A stretch of 63,270 nt of DNA, counting the filler, from Choristocarpus tenellus KU-1152 (taxonomy: Eukaryota > Protista > Phaeophyceae): NCBI GenBank assembly GCA_964200185.2. It is 9 parts of 9 records of this genome, joined end to end, with 100 filler letters (N's around TTAATTAATTAA, not from the genome) between each part and the next. Parts side by side here need not be neighbours in the genome. Positions count along the whole stretch, not along the records: positions 18,281 to 29,658 come from CAXNAD020002358.1; positions 29,759 to 32,527 come from CAXNAD020024908.1; positions 32,628 to 39,019 come from CAXNAD020008233.1; 6 more parts are not named here. The stretch is one strand, 5' to 3'. The notes under the pieces are model-generated. The model saw only the letters and a list, made by a program, of their open reading frames with translations, did not search any database and was not told the origin of the DNA. Made by a program: the position numbers and the translations under genes. Numbering within the stretch: position 1 is the stretch's first letter; each line of letters begins with the position of its first letter. Positions 25,601 through 37,690 of this stretch are shown piece after piece.

Positions 25601-28600
25601 GCAGGTGTTGGGTGAGTCGGAATGCAAATCACTTGGATACAATATTGCACGGAGATTGCTCGAAGGGATTGAAAGTAGACATCCATACTGACCCATGGAC
25701 TTTAACAAGACAACATATGGTACGGTTGTCTGAGTGCGATTTCGGTGTAGCAATTCCGCGTTGTGTACTATTCAGCATCCCTCAAACTTGCTTCACCTCA
25801 AGGAATCCAAATGTGCCCTCCTTGCCCACGAACAGGCCATGCACCTCCCTGAACATGTTATGGAACTCGTGGCCGTCTGTGACCTTAATGTATGACAGTA
25901 GGGAGACAGCTCGCACCGCCTCAAAGAAGTCCCGATGGAGCCTGCCGAGCAGATTAAATACACATACATATATATATAATGCTCAGTAAAGTGCAAATTA
26001 GGAGTTAAGTAAGGCAGTCCTCTTTTGTGTGTATTGATCAATATTTGGCTCTAGTTCATGGGATGGACGTCACCAATGAGGTGGTATGTTCGGACTGGCC
26101 GATGATTGATTGGTATTGCAATTCAACAAAGGTCTTCTGCAGGATCGGAGTATTGACAAGACATTAATTGTACCATTCATCCCCATCTATATCAGCACAG
26201 TTTGTTGCAAGGGGTGTAAATCCTCATGGTATTATCTGCACATGGCAAGGAATGATTTGGCAAAGAACAATTTAAGCAAACATGAACAACAGTACGCCCT
26301 AGGCCACTCTTCTCACCAACAAACATGTGAATTTCATCCTCGAGCAAAGGGGGCCGTGTGAGGGTCCCATCTCCTTCTCTTCTCAACTCTATCTTAATAT
26401 GTCGTCACTACATACACAATTAGTAGTCTACAAAATAATTCTGCGCACGTACTACTCACTCCGAAGAATAATAATAATAATTTCTCCGGTAGTTCTATGT
26501 ACACACATTACATGTTGAAACAAGGTTGTCACATCCCAAGCCAAACCTGTAAGAAATATGCACTTACTGATCCCAGTTCATGTAAAAACTTAGGAAAACG
26601 AAAGTTTGTTGCACTTTTCCACAGCTGGAAGATCTTGCCATTACCCGAGGAGTGTTAACGCCTAGTTGCTTAGGTAAATGTGAACCACTACCCCACATTT
26701 TAGTGTAGAGGGCACATGGACGAGACAAGTAACGAGTTTAACGTCTTCTTTTTTTCAACCTAAGGAGAGCACACAAGTACTATCTTTACTCCAATGAGTC
26801 ATCGCATACAAAACCCCAAACCGTATCAACATTAAACATCATTTCGACCACAGTGTCCAATTACACAGGTATGCAATGTCCAACTTGATTTTGACGAGAT
26901 CCCTTCTCCATTTCAAGATTATGCTCTCTTGTTGTAATACTCTCCATAGACCCGTCACCGATGTCAGTATTCATGAATCTATTTCACACCCGAACCCTAA
27001 CACTAGTTGTAAGTAGCGTATGACAGTTGGGAGTGGATTTATGGTTGGTTTGTGACTCGAGCAACAGCACCGAAAGGTTTGAAACCTAGTACATCACACA
27101 CCAATCTATGGATAATTGCAATGGGTCCACAACATGCAGACTCAAACACTTGACATAATTGTGGGTACTACTCTAGACGAAACAAGGCTGTGTTGAACAA
27201 TTTTTACCCAACACATAACAAGGACTCTTTTGGCACCCATGGAATGTATCATCAAGAAACACTAACACACTCCATACAATGCTGCAATGAGCATTGAGAG
27301 ACAAGGCACAACAATCTCCACTTACAAAAATGGTCAATTTTATCACCACAGAACTCTTGATGTAACATATACAGATTAAATGCCGATTAGAATAAGCCAT
27401 TTGGGGTCATCATACATACTTGGGCAGCCACTTGAGGTCGGTAGAGGCCAGGACTCCCATGTCCGACTTGTAGTCATTGCCAGGGTCACGCCCCAGGAAG
27501 GCATCCAAGAGGTGGATACTCGGAAAAAGTAGGCCTGAAATTGTCTTTTCCTTAGCCACCACAGGAGATCCACATCGTCCAATCACTAGTTTGTGTGTAA
27601 CGAAAAATCCAGGTTATGAAATTGGGAGGATACAAATAGCATCACTGCTCAAATCCAAACGACTGCAATGAAAGGAATGCTATTAGCAACTGCAACAGAT
27701 GGTACTGTTCCCGGGCAATGTGTAACACATAGAATCTACAAAAAGTAATATTTTTGATGTTGGGAAGATGGATGTATGCCGTGGAAGAGCTTCATCAAAC
27801 CTGCCCAAACACAAAAAAATTACAAATTGTCGAGTAAATATATTTTCTAATACTAATTGTCGCTTTAGATCGGGGAACATCCCGGCCGTCGTCATAGACA
27901 CTTTACACTTTACACTGCACTATTTCTCATGTCATCCACAAGCTACTGAAAGTTTCAACTGATCGAGGGGTGCTTGAGGCCACATAAACGCCTACACCAG
28001 TAGTGATAACTTGAGACAGGCGTTGCACAACGGTATGTAAGGAGGGAGAATGCGCTTGCCTGGAAGAAGGGACTTCCAACAGACTGTACGTCAAAAATCA
28101 ACTCACCTTGACCCCATGTGACTTGGTCAACGTAATTGGAAGACATTGGAGACGGGGAGCTTCCAAGGAAAGCCTTCGTCATCCTCTCCACAATAGTGAG
28201 CAAGTTGAGTAGCTCTACACGGAGGGCGTCCGGGTTGTTGGAGAGGATTGCCTGCTGGGCACGAGCTACAACGCCCGGTAGTCGAGCGGCGCTTCTTTCA
28301 ATCATGTGGCAAGAGATAATGAAATTGTACTCACCCTGCAAACGGAGGACGGGAAAGGTACCCATGTTAAAGACAACTGATTCCTTGGGTGGATATTTTC
28401 TACATCGGGAGAAATATCCACAGAGCCGAACCACCTGTGGGTTGTTCCTGTTCCAGGGAATGACTCCATATATATAGGAAAAATCAGTAATCACAGTACT
28501 GGCGTAGTAACATCAAAGACGAGAGAACTTCAAACATTTACAATCAACAATACGACAAATACGCTTACCATACCACCGCAGGCCATCACAGCTGGTTTGA

Positions 28601-29129
28601 GCTGCGCCCAGCTATTGGTGATCTCCACCTGCCCTCCTTGCTCAGGACCTTCACAGCATCGCTCGGGTACATAATCGAAATTATAGACGAACCAGTCCAA
28701 AGAATTGAAGCTAGTGGTTGGTCTGTCCATCCGTTCACCAAGACGAGTCCACGGACGAAGCACGCACTGAGGGATGTCAGTGTCGCCTAGGGACATGTTC
28801 TTCAACGCGTGAGCCATCGCCCCCAGCAATGCGTTGGCTCGCAATACATGCTTATCTGGTAGGTCCTCAGCTTCGGCGCTTAGCTCTGGCATGGACATGA
28901 TGCTGGTGTAGTCCCTAGATAGACACATGGATGGCAAAGAAGCGCCTATGGTTTCCCAGAGTTGGTGAGAGTCTGGGAGTACGGAAAGAGGACAACGGGG
29001 CAAGAAACCTCCGTCCATGCTGAGGAAGGCCATCGTCTGTTCCTCATAACCTTGTTCCTGCAGTCTCTGAAGCATGAGCAGGCTAGGGGCTGTTGTCCTA
29101 GTCCTCGCGCCATAGGTACGAGGAGGCAT
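19639..29129 (-). CDS. About 1,200-aa fusion protein: IDO/PrnB-like heme dioxygenase + FNR-type FAD/NADPH reductase + cytochrome b5. Exons 28569-29129, 28107-28335, 27420-27585, 25797-25941, 25363-25554, 24763-24918, 24218-24442, 23711-23950, 22567-23415, 21909-22249, 20855-21086, 20067-20268; tentative last exon 19639-19709
   Basis: All junctions are GT-AG and phase-compatible with no stops. IDO-like motifs: [72 protein letters not shown] (putative proximal His). Reductase motifs: [74 protein letters not shown]. b5 motifs: [22 protein letters not shown]...[13 protein letters not shown]. Confidence 0.88.
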
Positions 29130-29429
29130 ATCGAAATTCGAGCACCCCTATTAACTTCGGGTTTGTAGAATGGTGTTGACTCCCAAAAGCATCCAAGTTA
29201 GTTTGTTGAAGTAACTTGCTCTCTTTCAAACACCAACCCTAAAATGCATTACTTTGTATAGATATTTGCCAATTGTAATTATCCATTTTCACATCACTCA
29301 GATATGTGACGAAGGAATTATAGTGACATTAACAGTAATTTTCAAATACAGTACCTACCCCGATTTTGTTCACTCAAGCCCGAAAAAAGCGGTACAGAAT
29401 TGATGTGGTACAATATCGTTTTTGTAGTA

Positions 29430-29584
29430 ATTAATCGTGGTTAGCTGGGAAATCAATCGTCGAAGCGACTGATTAATCGTGATGAGATGGGAAATCAATC
29501 GTCGAAGCGACCAATTAATCGGGGCGAGCTGAAAAATCAATTGTGAAATCGAGTGATTAATCGTAGTGAGCTGGGAAATCAATC
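29430..29584. repeat. 42-bp tandem repeat, about 3.7 copies (ATTAATCGTGnTnAGCTGGGAAATCAATCGTCGAAGCGACTG-like)
   Basis: ATTAATCG starts at 29430, 29472, 29514 and 29556, an exact 42-nt period. Confidence 0.9.
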
Positions 29585-29877
29585 ATAAGCTTCATGGATA
29601 GGATAGAAACGATTACGAGCACTTTTTCTTAATGATGTTTATGTGTTAATGCGCATCTNNNNNNNNNNNNNNNNNNNNNNNNNNNNNNNNNNNNNNNNNN
29701 NNTTAATTAATTAANNNNNNNNNNNNNNNNNNNNNNNNNNNNNNNNNNNNNNNNNNNNCCCCCCCCCCCAGATACTTTGGGTCTTATTACTCCCCATCTA
29801 CAATTTTATCATCCACAGAAAAAGTCTCCATGTCTACCTTCGGCGTGTTTCAAGGTCACCAGACAACAGCATCTTCC

Positions 29878-30489
29878 TTACCCATGTGTGCTCCACACTG
29901 AAATCATTCCCTCCTCTTTGCATCTAAGTACTTGATTGTACACCACAAAAAGGAGCTGCCAAGTCCTCTCTAGTGTGGTTTCATCATACTCCTCATACTG
30001 TTTCTTAATGACCTTCACCATCTCCTCGACGGACCCAAACTGCTCCCCCATCACCCAGCATTTCAAAGATCTGAGGAAGCACAGGTCCATGATATTGATG
30101 TCGGGGGGGTTAGATGGCTGTGTCACAAGCCTAATCGACCACCCCTCAGTCTTCCCAGCTCCTGACAAAACTTCTGAGTTGCCCTTGCCCGTGTGGGGGG
30201 TGGCACCATCTTGCTGAACGACAACGTGATTCCCCTGTAACCAAGGCATCTTGGTCTTGATTGCAGGCAGTAACTCTTCCATGTACCACTTCCTGCACCA
30301 TAAATGGTCTAAAGTACAGTCCTGCTCATACACGTCCCACCTTTTATGGTTATTGCTTGCCCTGTCTGCCGTTTTTGGCGCACACACACGCCAAACACCA
30401 AGCTTTCCATCAAAGCTGTGAGCCAAATCTGGGCGGGCGTTGGCTGCAATGATCATGGTTTTGGGGATAATGGGGAAAACCTGGGGCAA
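29878..30489 (-). mobile_element. 5'-truncated Tc1/mariner transposase, plant-mariner (DD39D)-like; 40 residues between the last two Asp here
   Basis: IPKTMIIAANARP, FDGKLGVW, LLPAIKTKMPW, VVVQQDGATPH...QPSNPPDINIMDL. The first catalytic Asp region and the HTH were not found. Confidence 0.85.
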
Positions 30490-31361
30490 AGGTTCCCCTC
30501 TGATCCAGGAGAGGGTAATTCCTGGCTGGGCCTTTCTGGGATGGCGTTGGCAGAACTGGAGGTGGGACCTCCTGATTCAGTTCCCACCACTTTAACCTCA
30601 GTCGCCGCTGGAGATTTGCCTTCGTCCCCCCCCCCCCCCCCCCCCCCCCGCCGATGGTACCCCCCTAATCCTTGGTCTCTCCTTTCTCTCCCCCCCCACA
30701 CCCCCTAGCTTCTTCTGGCAGTCCGTCTCCTGCGCCCCAGACCACAACTTTCCTTCGGGGACAAGACTCGGAAGCAAGAAAAGTGTTGGATGTGTGTATG
30801 TTAAGATGCTCCCCATTGAGCGTTGTGATTATGGATTTTAGGTGTGTAACCTACGAAAGCGAAGTGCAATACAGCAGGAGCTCAAGTAACATCAACCGTT
30901 GTACTCATGTCAGCCAAAGGGAGATGTACACGTTGGTGACAATCTTCTGCGCTTTAGTCTACCTGGACCATATCAAAGTGTTTGAACATAGGAATGCCTT
31001 CGGAATGGTCTTCTTCCCGGTTCCCAAGGTTGTCTGCATCAACACTTCCTTCGTAAGAGTCGGGGGGGGGTTAAGTCTGGGGCTTCCTCTCCTAACCACT
31101 TCAAGAATCCAGGGATCGCCACATCCATGTATGCTTGCGTTGCCAAGGCATGTCTCGAATTATGTGAAACTGTGCTTCCGCATTCCTTCATGGACCTTGC
31201 CACATAGGCGATGGGAACGACTTCAAATAAGCAGCGGTCATCTTTGAACAACACATTCTTCAATCTCCTGAGCACCCATGACACTACATAATTCAACTCG
31301 AAGCCTATACCCGTAACTGCATCCTCACAAGCCATGATTCAGTGTTCCAAGAATATTGTAT

Positions 31362-31618
31362 GAGCCAAAGTATCCTAGAGAGTAGGGCCGCGTCCATTTG
31401 GGGCCAAAATTCAATCTTGTGATTTTGATGTATTTTGCCTATCGTATTTGTTAGGAAATGTCGATATCCTTGTTCTGGACACATCTTTGCATAACATATA
31501 CATTTTACCTACTCTGAAACACTTTGGAGTAGGAAAATGTCATAATAAATTCCGTAGGAAGCCAAGCCCCAAATGGACAAACAGGACAAAACTTGTACCC
31601 TCTAAGATACTTTCACTC
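31362..31618 (+). mobile_element. 257-bp MITE with TIRs and a 4-bp GTAT target duplication
   Basis: Left end GAGCCAAAGTATCCTAGAGAGTAG..GTCCATTTGGGG. Right end (reverse complement) GAGTGAAAGTATCTTAGAGGGTAC..GTCCATTTGGGG. GTAT on both flanks (31358-31361, 31619-31622). Confidence 0.85.
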
Positions 31619-32199
31619 GTATCGGTATTGGCTCTCCGGTGTTAGACGTTATGGTGGAGTGGGGTGATGGTGATATTGAGAAGTCTGGTACACTATATGA
31701 AATCTGTAGTACAACTCGCAACCACAGTTGTGTTGTTCTATTTTTCCTGTTCAGATTTTCAGTGAAAAGCAAAACCAGACGACAAAAAAACTCATGTGTA
31801 AAGGAGATTTCCTGTAAGAGGGAGAAATACCAAGATTCTCGAACGTAAAAGCGGGAATGTTGAGTTAAAACTAAACAGCCCCAGAACAGTTTTAGACAAT
31901 TCTCGTATTTATCGCGCGATTTTGTTGTGCTCGTGTATGCATATATATGTGAGCATTATAAACAGAAGGTAAGATGGGTACATTTGAATTTCGGGTGCTT
32001 CGACCATTGATTTGACGCTATTCCGAAGAATAGTGACAATGTGTAAATTCGAGTGCATTAAAATGCACAACCAACTCTGCCAATGTGTGCAAAACCAAAA
32101 TGAAACTCTCCCACCTATGTCTGACAATACAACCTCACACCTGGGCCTCGAAGCAACCGCTGGAACCAGCATGCCAGATCCCCCCTCAGGAATTCCAGC

Positions 32200-32527
32200 T
32201 CACAATCAGCAGATCTCTAGGGAGAGAGGAGGCCCTATCAAACAGGTGCCCAGTGGCAGGGTGCAGGAGGCACAATGTTGATACCAGACATGCCCGTACC
32301 TGCCCCAGGGCAGGGGGACAGGTACGACAGCACACGCCAATGGTGAAACGCCTGCACCAACTATGCAAGGGGATGGGCATCCCTTGCACCACGGAGGACG
32401 GTAGCCCTTTCACTGTGGACCGTAATATTCGCATGGATCTGGTGTTTCATGCAGGGGCACTAGCAGATGCTGGAACTGCTCCCTACAGGGACAAAGGTCT
32501 CCTCCTGGACATCACCTTCGCAGAGGT
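32200..32527 (+). mobile_element. Fragment of a CRE/R2-type non-LTR retrotransposon (CCHC knuckle + restriction-like endonuclease), cut by spacer
   Basis: CPVAGCRRHNVDTRHARTC followed by RQH..V..L, an E, RMDLVF and LLLDITF, which is the RLE-domain layout. Confidence 0.72.
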
Positions 32528-34254
32528 NNNNNNNNNNNNNNNNNNNNNNNNNNNNNNNNNNNNNNNNNNNNTTAATTAATTAANNNNNNNNNNNNNNNNN
32601 NNNNNNNNNNNNNNNNNNNNNNNNNNNCCCCCCAGATACTTTGGGTCTGAGATTTGAAAAGTTGGACCTGTTTGTCAAGGTCTTCTTGTAAAGAGAATAT
32701 GAAAATCTGTTTATTACATAAAGTCTATTCATAATTTACCACCCAGTACAAGCAACCCATTATCGATCACAGTCAAGTAACCAATACTACTATCATACTG
32801 CACTACAGGGTATCGGTAGACCACAGCAGGAAGGAATACAATCAAATGCGTGATGCAACAAGGTTAACCAATGCTGTCAGTGTAAGAACACGTCATGCAT
32901 ATCTTACACATGCACACGGAGAACATTTGTGCTAAAAAAAGGTCACCAAACCAAAGAACAGGTGGGTGGGCGGACTACAAATAAATACTCAAAAATGCCA
33001 CTCAGTTACTCCTTCATCCTGAAGCAATGGCATATTAACAGTCATCGTCAAGTCAGGCAAGTGACACTCTGTTGCTTTAGCCTAGACAAAAAGGTCTAAC
33101 ACAAAAGGGAAGTAGAACACTAAATTATCTCCAATAAAAATATTTAATGCCTGACAAGGAACCATTGCCAGACCTCACCCGAACTGCAGTTTTGTACCAT
33201 CAAGAATATATTAGTAAAAACACCTAAGTATTGAAGAATGACTGTGACTGGTGACATGCTTTTGCCCTCCCACCACTCTCAATGTCAAAATATGTAACAC
33301 ATGTAGGCAAGCATATCATCGCATTGCACTCGGCCAATAAGCATGGAAAATACAAAGATAATCCTTCACAAACAATACTCCCCAGTAGTTTACAGACTGC
33401 ACAGCCAAACAAAAACGAAAGGCATGCGACTTCACCAACACAAAGGATGGAAACACCAGGCACACAAAACCATGCGCTTAGTGCTTCTCCTGAGACCAAC
33501 AGCTTCTCTGTAGGTACAGTCAACATGTACTCTGCTTTACAGCATCAACAACGACTTCTAACTTGGTGTATGTCACCTCCACATTTTGTTTGACATCAAA
33601 CCATAATTTCTTCGAAGGAAGTATATGCAGTCATGTGTATAATTTGTTGCACACGCACACGTCAGTATCCAAGCAATTGGAATAGGGAGGGGCACAAAAC
33701 AATTCAAAAATATTTAACAAGAGTCCCAAAGAACTAAACACAATCATCGACAGCAAAAACGTTGCCTCTCCAGATTACAACTGACCATAAGCAAAAGAGC
33801 AAGCACACAAAACACAACACTTCCTTCCCTATGTTCCCTCGTTTTCTCCCCAACTACAATAGATACCCACCCCAATTTCAACACAAACACAACTTGCCCA
33901 TGACAAAGAACTACAATCTCCCCCCCTTCCCCAACCCCCTTTGCCCTGACAATAGTGGTGTCCCATGAACCTATACTCAATCAACCTCAGTCCCTACCCC
34001 AGCTGACAATGCCACCACAAATTACTACGCAGAATATTTAAACACTTTGCACAGCACAACACTACATAGCTCCAAGGAATACAATACCATGCCATGCCAA
34101 TCTACTCCGACGAAATCCACTTTGCAACTGCATGACCTGGCAAACGTCCTGACAAACACTACAACCGCAAACATCTCCCAACGACCAACGGGTTGCTGGA
34201 GTTGTTTGAGAAAAAATTGTACACAGTAGCGCACAGGAACTTAACCGGTCCTCA

Positions 34255-37200
34255 CTACCAAGGATGTTCAGCTCTGTTGCCTCCATGATGCCCTTCTCCA
34301 TCCCTCTTGAACCTCGGGTAATCTTGCTTTTCATCATACTTGAAGGGGCTGTTCAACATGCCAGCGGCCCTCGCAATGTCTCCAAGCTGGCTTTGACTCC
34401 GTGGTGTATCATCCTCATCTATCTCAAACGCAGGAACAAGCATGCTACTCGATCTGTCAACATACGTCTCTCCCAAGGACTTCCTCTTAACGTCATGCAA
34501 CTTGATTGGATCCAATGCGTGGGAGGAGGGCGCAGCTGGGAGCTTTTTCAACCCCAGCATTACTGCCATGGTGTTGAAGTCTTCCTTGTCCTTGGCATCA
34601 TCCATCATCTGCTGTGCACCATAATATGTAGTTCCCCAGATGGCGAATAGCAATCCTATGTTGACAATGATAAGGAGGACACCAAAGATCTTCTGCGAAA
34701 TATTGTCCTCCTCTGATACATTAACCTTGATAAGCAAGCCCAGGAAGTTACTGAAGAATATGATAACGCACCCCTGAAACAACAAGACAATCATACCCCA
34801 CGAGGTCAGTGTTATAGGCACCCAAGTTTGAGCAGGATGTACAGAGCATACAAAAATTTTAAAAGTCTTGCAGAGGAGACCAACCCGACGCTTTCAACAA
34901 ACAGTAGCCCATCCCAGAAAAACCAATATATACAAACACATGTCATATTTGACTACAGTATGCACAGCTCTCGCACTCATTCTTGTACACAGCAATATTC
35001 TGCCATGTACTACCATAAAAAAAAAATTGATACTCCATATAAAATATATGAAAACATATATAAAATATCCCCGGTTTCAATAAAGGACAACTTCCTGTGC
35101 AAAAAGCAGTTGTACAACAAATACCTTCCCAATTCCAACCAAAGTCTGCTGTCTGCTGGAGGACAAAAGCAACAAACTCACCAAACGGTACAACCACGAG
35201 TCCCCCTCGTCCAGGTGTGGACGGAGCAACTCAAAGCCAAGCAGGCTCAGAAAAGCAAATATGCAGGCTGTGGCAGCCTGAGCAGCTGACTGTGGCTCAA
35301 TAAAGATCAGTGCTCCAGTGAGAAGAATCCTCCTTCCACACTCAACCACCTCATAGTAATAGAGGTTGGGACCTAGAGCGGATGGGGTTAGGGTTAGGGG
35401 GTGATGGAGTATTGGAGGGTAATGAATCAAACTAGTGTAAGTATAACAGCAGTAATGAAAGATGATATTCTATTTGCCCTTGCCCACTCCGACCTGCGCT
35501 ACCAGGACATTTATCTATACCTCGGCGTGGGGAACAAAATACCCCTCCACAATACCCTCAACTAAATGTCAGCGAAACAGCTTAAGAAGTGACAACAAAT
35601 CGTCCATACTGAGAGCAGGGAGACAAGGCATGCAAGAACTGCACCAACATGATCTCCTTTTTCTCAACAACCGCACATAGATACCTAACCCTAACCCTAA
35701 CCCTAAACCATGACAAAATGCTAATTCATACACAAAGGAGATACACATCCACCCTCAGGTGCTAGACGTCATGGAGATCCCCCCATGAACATTTGTTTCA
35801 AATCTGTATTGTGTCATGTCACACAAGCAATTCCTAAACAGGGCTACAAACTAGAGCTACAAGCTAGAGCTACAGTGAAACGAAAAAAGGACAAGTGTGG
35901 TTAACCCTAACCCTAACCCTAACCCTAAGCAAGAGTTTCCAACACACCTCGAGAAATCCCTTCCCATGTATCCACGCCACCTCTATTTCACTTCTCTACA
36001 ACATGCTCCCTGACTCTTGTGTACACATAAACCCTCTGACCATTAGTGGAGAAAAACCCCCCCGGCCAAACTCTAAGTACTAAACAACATTGCACTCATA
36101 CATAAAAACCCAAAAGTTCATCATCCACCTACCAAAGTCTTTCCACAGGAACAACGTGGGGGTCAATTCTGGGTCATATCCCCGCCTCCGCACCCTCTCC
36201 TTCAACTCCCATTCTGTCATCTGCTCTAGCTGTTTCCTTTGTTGCCACAGCTCCCTCTCATTCATATTCTTCCCCAGCGCTTCACGTCTCTCAGGAGCAG
36301 CGCTCTCAAGGATAGTGCTCTCCGCCTTGGGATCTAGCTTTGTCCGATGTCTCCATAGGATCACAAAGTACAGGAGTGGAATACCTATCGGGTATACCTG
36401 TAATTTGTCATGACAAAATGTGAAAATTTCCAAGGGAAAGAAGGGGGGGGCGGAAAGGGGTTCAAAACTAGTCAAAACTAGTCAAAATTTAGCTAAAACC
36501 ATAGGAGATAAAACCCTATTAAAACTTAATTATAGACGAATTCTTAACTGCCGAGAATTGCATTCAAAAAAAAAAAAGAAAAGAAAAAGAACGTGCACAA
36601 ACAACTGTAAACCTGTATGGTAGATGGTAGTTGTGATTACCACTAAAAAAAATAAAATAAAAAGAACAAAAAATGCTATCCACTTCACCACCCTAACCCT
36701 AGCCCAGATAGAACTGACAGCAAAAAAAAAAAATGAGCCCTGGGTGGAGACCAGCAGAGTCAGAAAACTCTTCTCTGAAATTTCAAAGTAATACTTGCAA
36801 CAGCATCAAATTTCAAAGTAAATCTTGCGTATTGACTATTATAGGGTTAGGGATAATCTATCCTTTCACTATTTCAGTCTCAAGTGTCAGCCTGGGGTTA
36901 ACCCTGACCCCTAACCCTAACCCTAACCTACAATGTGGCGCAGGGCACAAAAAAATTAAATCTGCTGCACACTATGCCTCCTAACATTCTCTCAGTTGCC
37001 ACAAACCTCATGCACGCAAAGGGTTAGGGTTAGGGTTAGGGTTAGGGTTAGAGGTATGATTGGGGTTGGAGTTTGGAAGAGTCAGTCAGACATGGGTACA
37101 TTCACAGAAAGGATAGGGGTCGATTTCCCTTACACACATCACCGCAACTCATTTAGACAAATCCCTACCTCTATTATATAACACCCACCACAGCACACTA

Positions 37201-37593
37201 TGCGGTAATGGTGTTGTACCATACCAGACCACATTACACCACATTGCTCAACACAATACTGTTCATTGCTTTACCCTGCAAGACAATCCTCCCCCCATAG
37301 GTGGATTCTCTGTACTCCATGGAATCTACTCAATGCTGATTGATAAGGCCTCTCAAAGAAAACAATGAAAGTTAGCAGGGATGGTGGTGGGGTAGGGTTA
37401 GGGCTGAGAAATCATGGTCGTCTGACAGCAGCAATCTCACCAGGATCATGATGCCAGCATAGGCCTTGTAGAAGCCATGCTCCTGAGTGTCACACATGAT
37501 GCTATAATCAGCCCTCAGGTACCTTGCATTGAACTCTTCAAAGTGCTCACAGGCAAAAGTCTGGAACACGGTGGTGGAGACGGAACTGAACAC
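34255..37593 (-). CDS. 3' four exons of a multi-pass membrane protein (37441-37593, 36133-36397, 35182-35372, 34255-34773), resembling the C-terminal membrane domain of stramenopile adhesin/polymorphic-membrane-protein-like families
   Basis: Phase-compatible exons: SVSTTVFQTFAC...YLRADYSIMC, VYPIGIPLLYFVILW, FLWKDFGPNLYYYEVVECGRRILLTG, several hydrophobic helices, stop at 34255. Confidence 0.85.
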
Positions 37594-37690
37594 CTGAAAA
37601 AAAAAGGAGCAAACCACCATGCCATCAGCACAAAAGAATGAATAAACAGCGATCTACTAAGACATGTGAGCTCTTGTTCATTGTTCATGG

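Noticed and set aside
10885-29129. Oxygenase gene cluster (2OG dioxygenase + IDO fusion)
   Set aside because: Two artificial spacers separate them and physical linkage is unproven.
19639-29129. Nitric oxide synthase or nitrate reductase call for the fusion gene
   Set aside because: No Cys-ligated NOS oxygenase motif, flavodoxin or molybdopterin domain. The N-terminus carries IDO-like motifs and the domain order differs.
30672-31335. ORFs upstream of the mariner fragment as its N-terminus
   Set aside because: No HTH or first catalytic Asp motif was found and the frames are interrupted.
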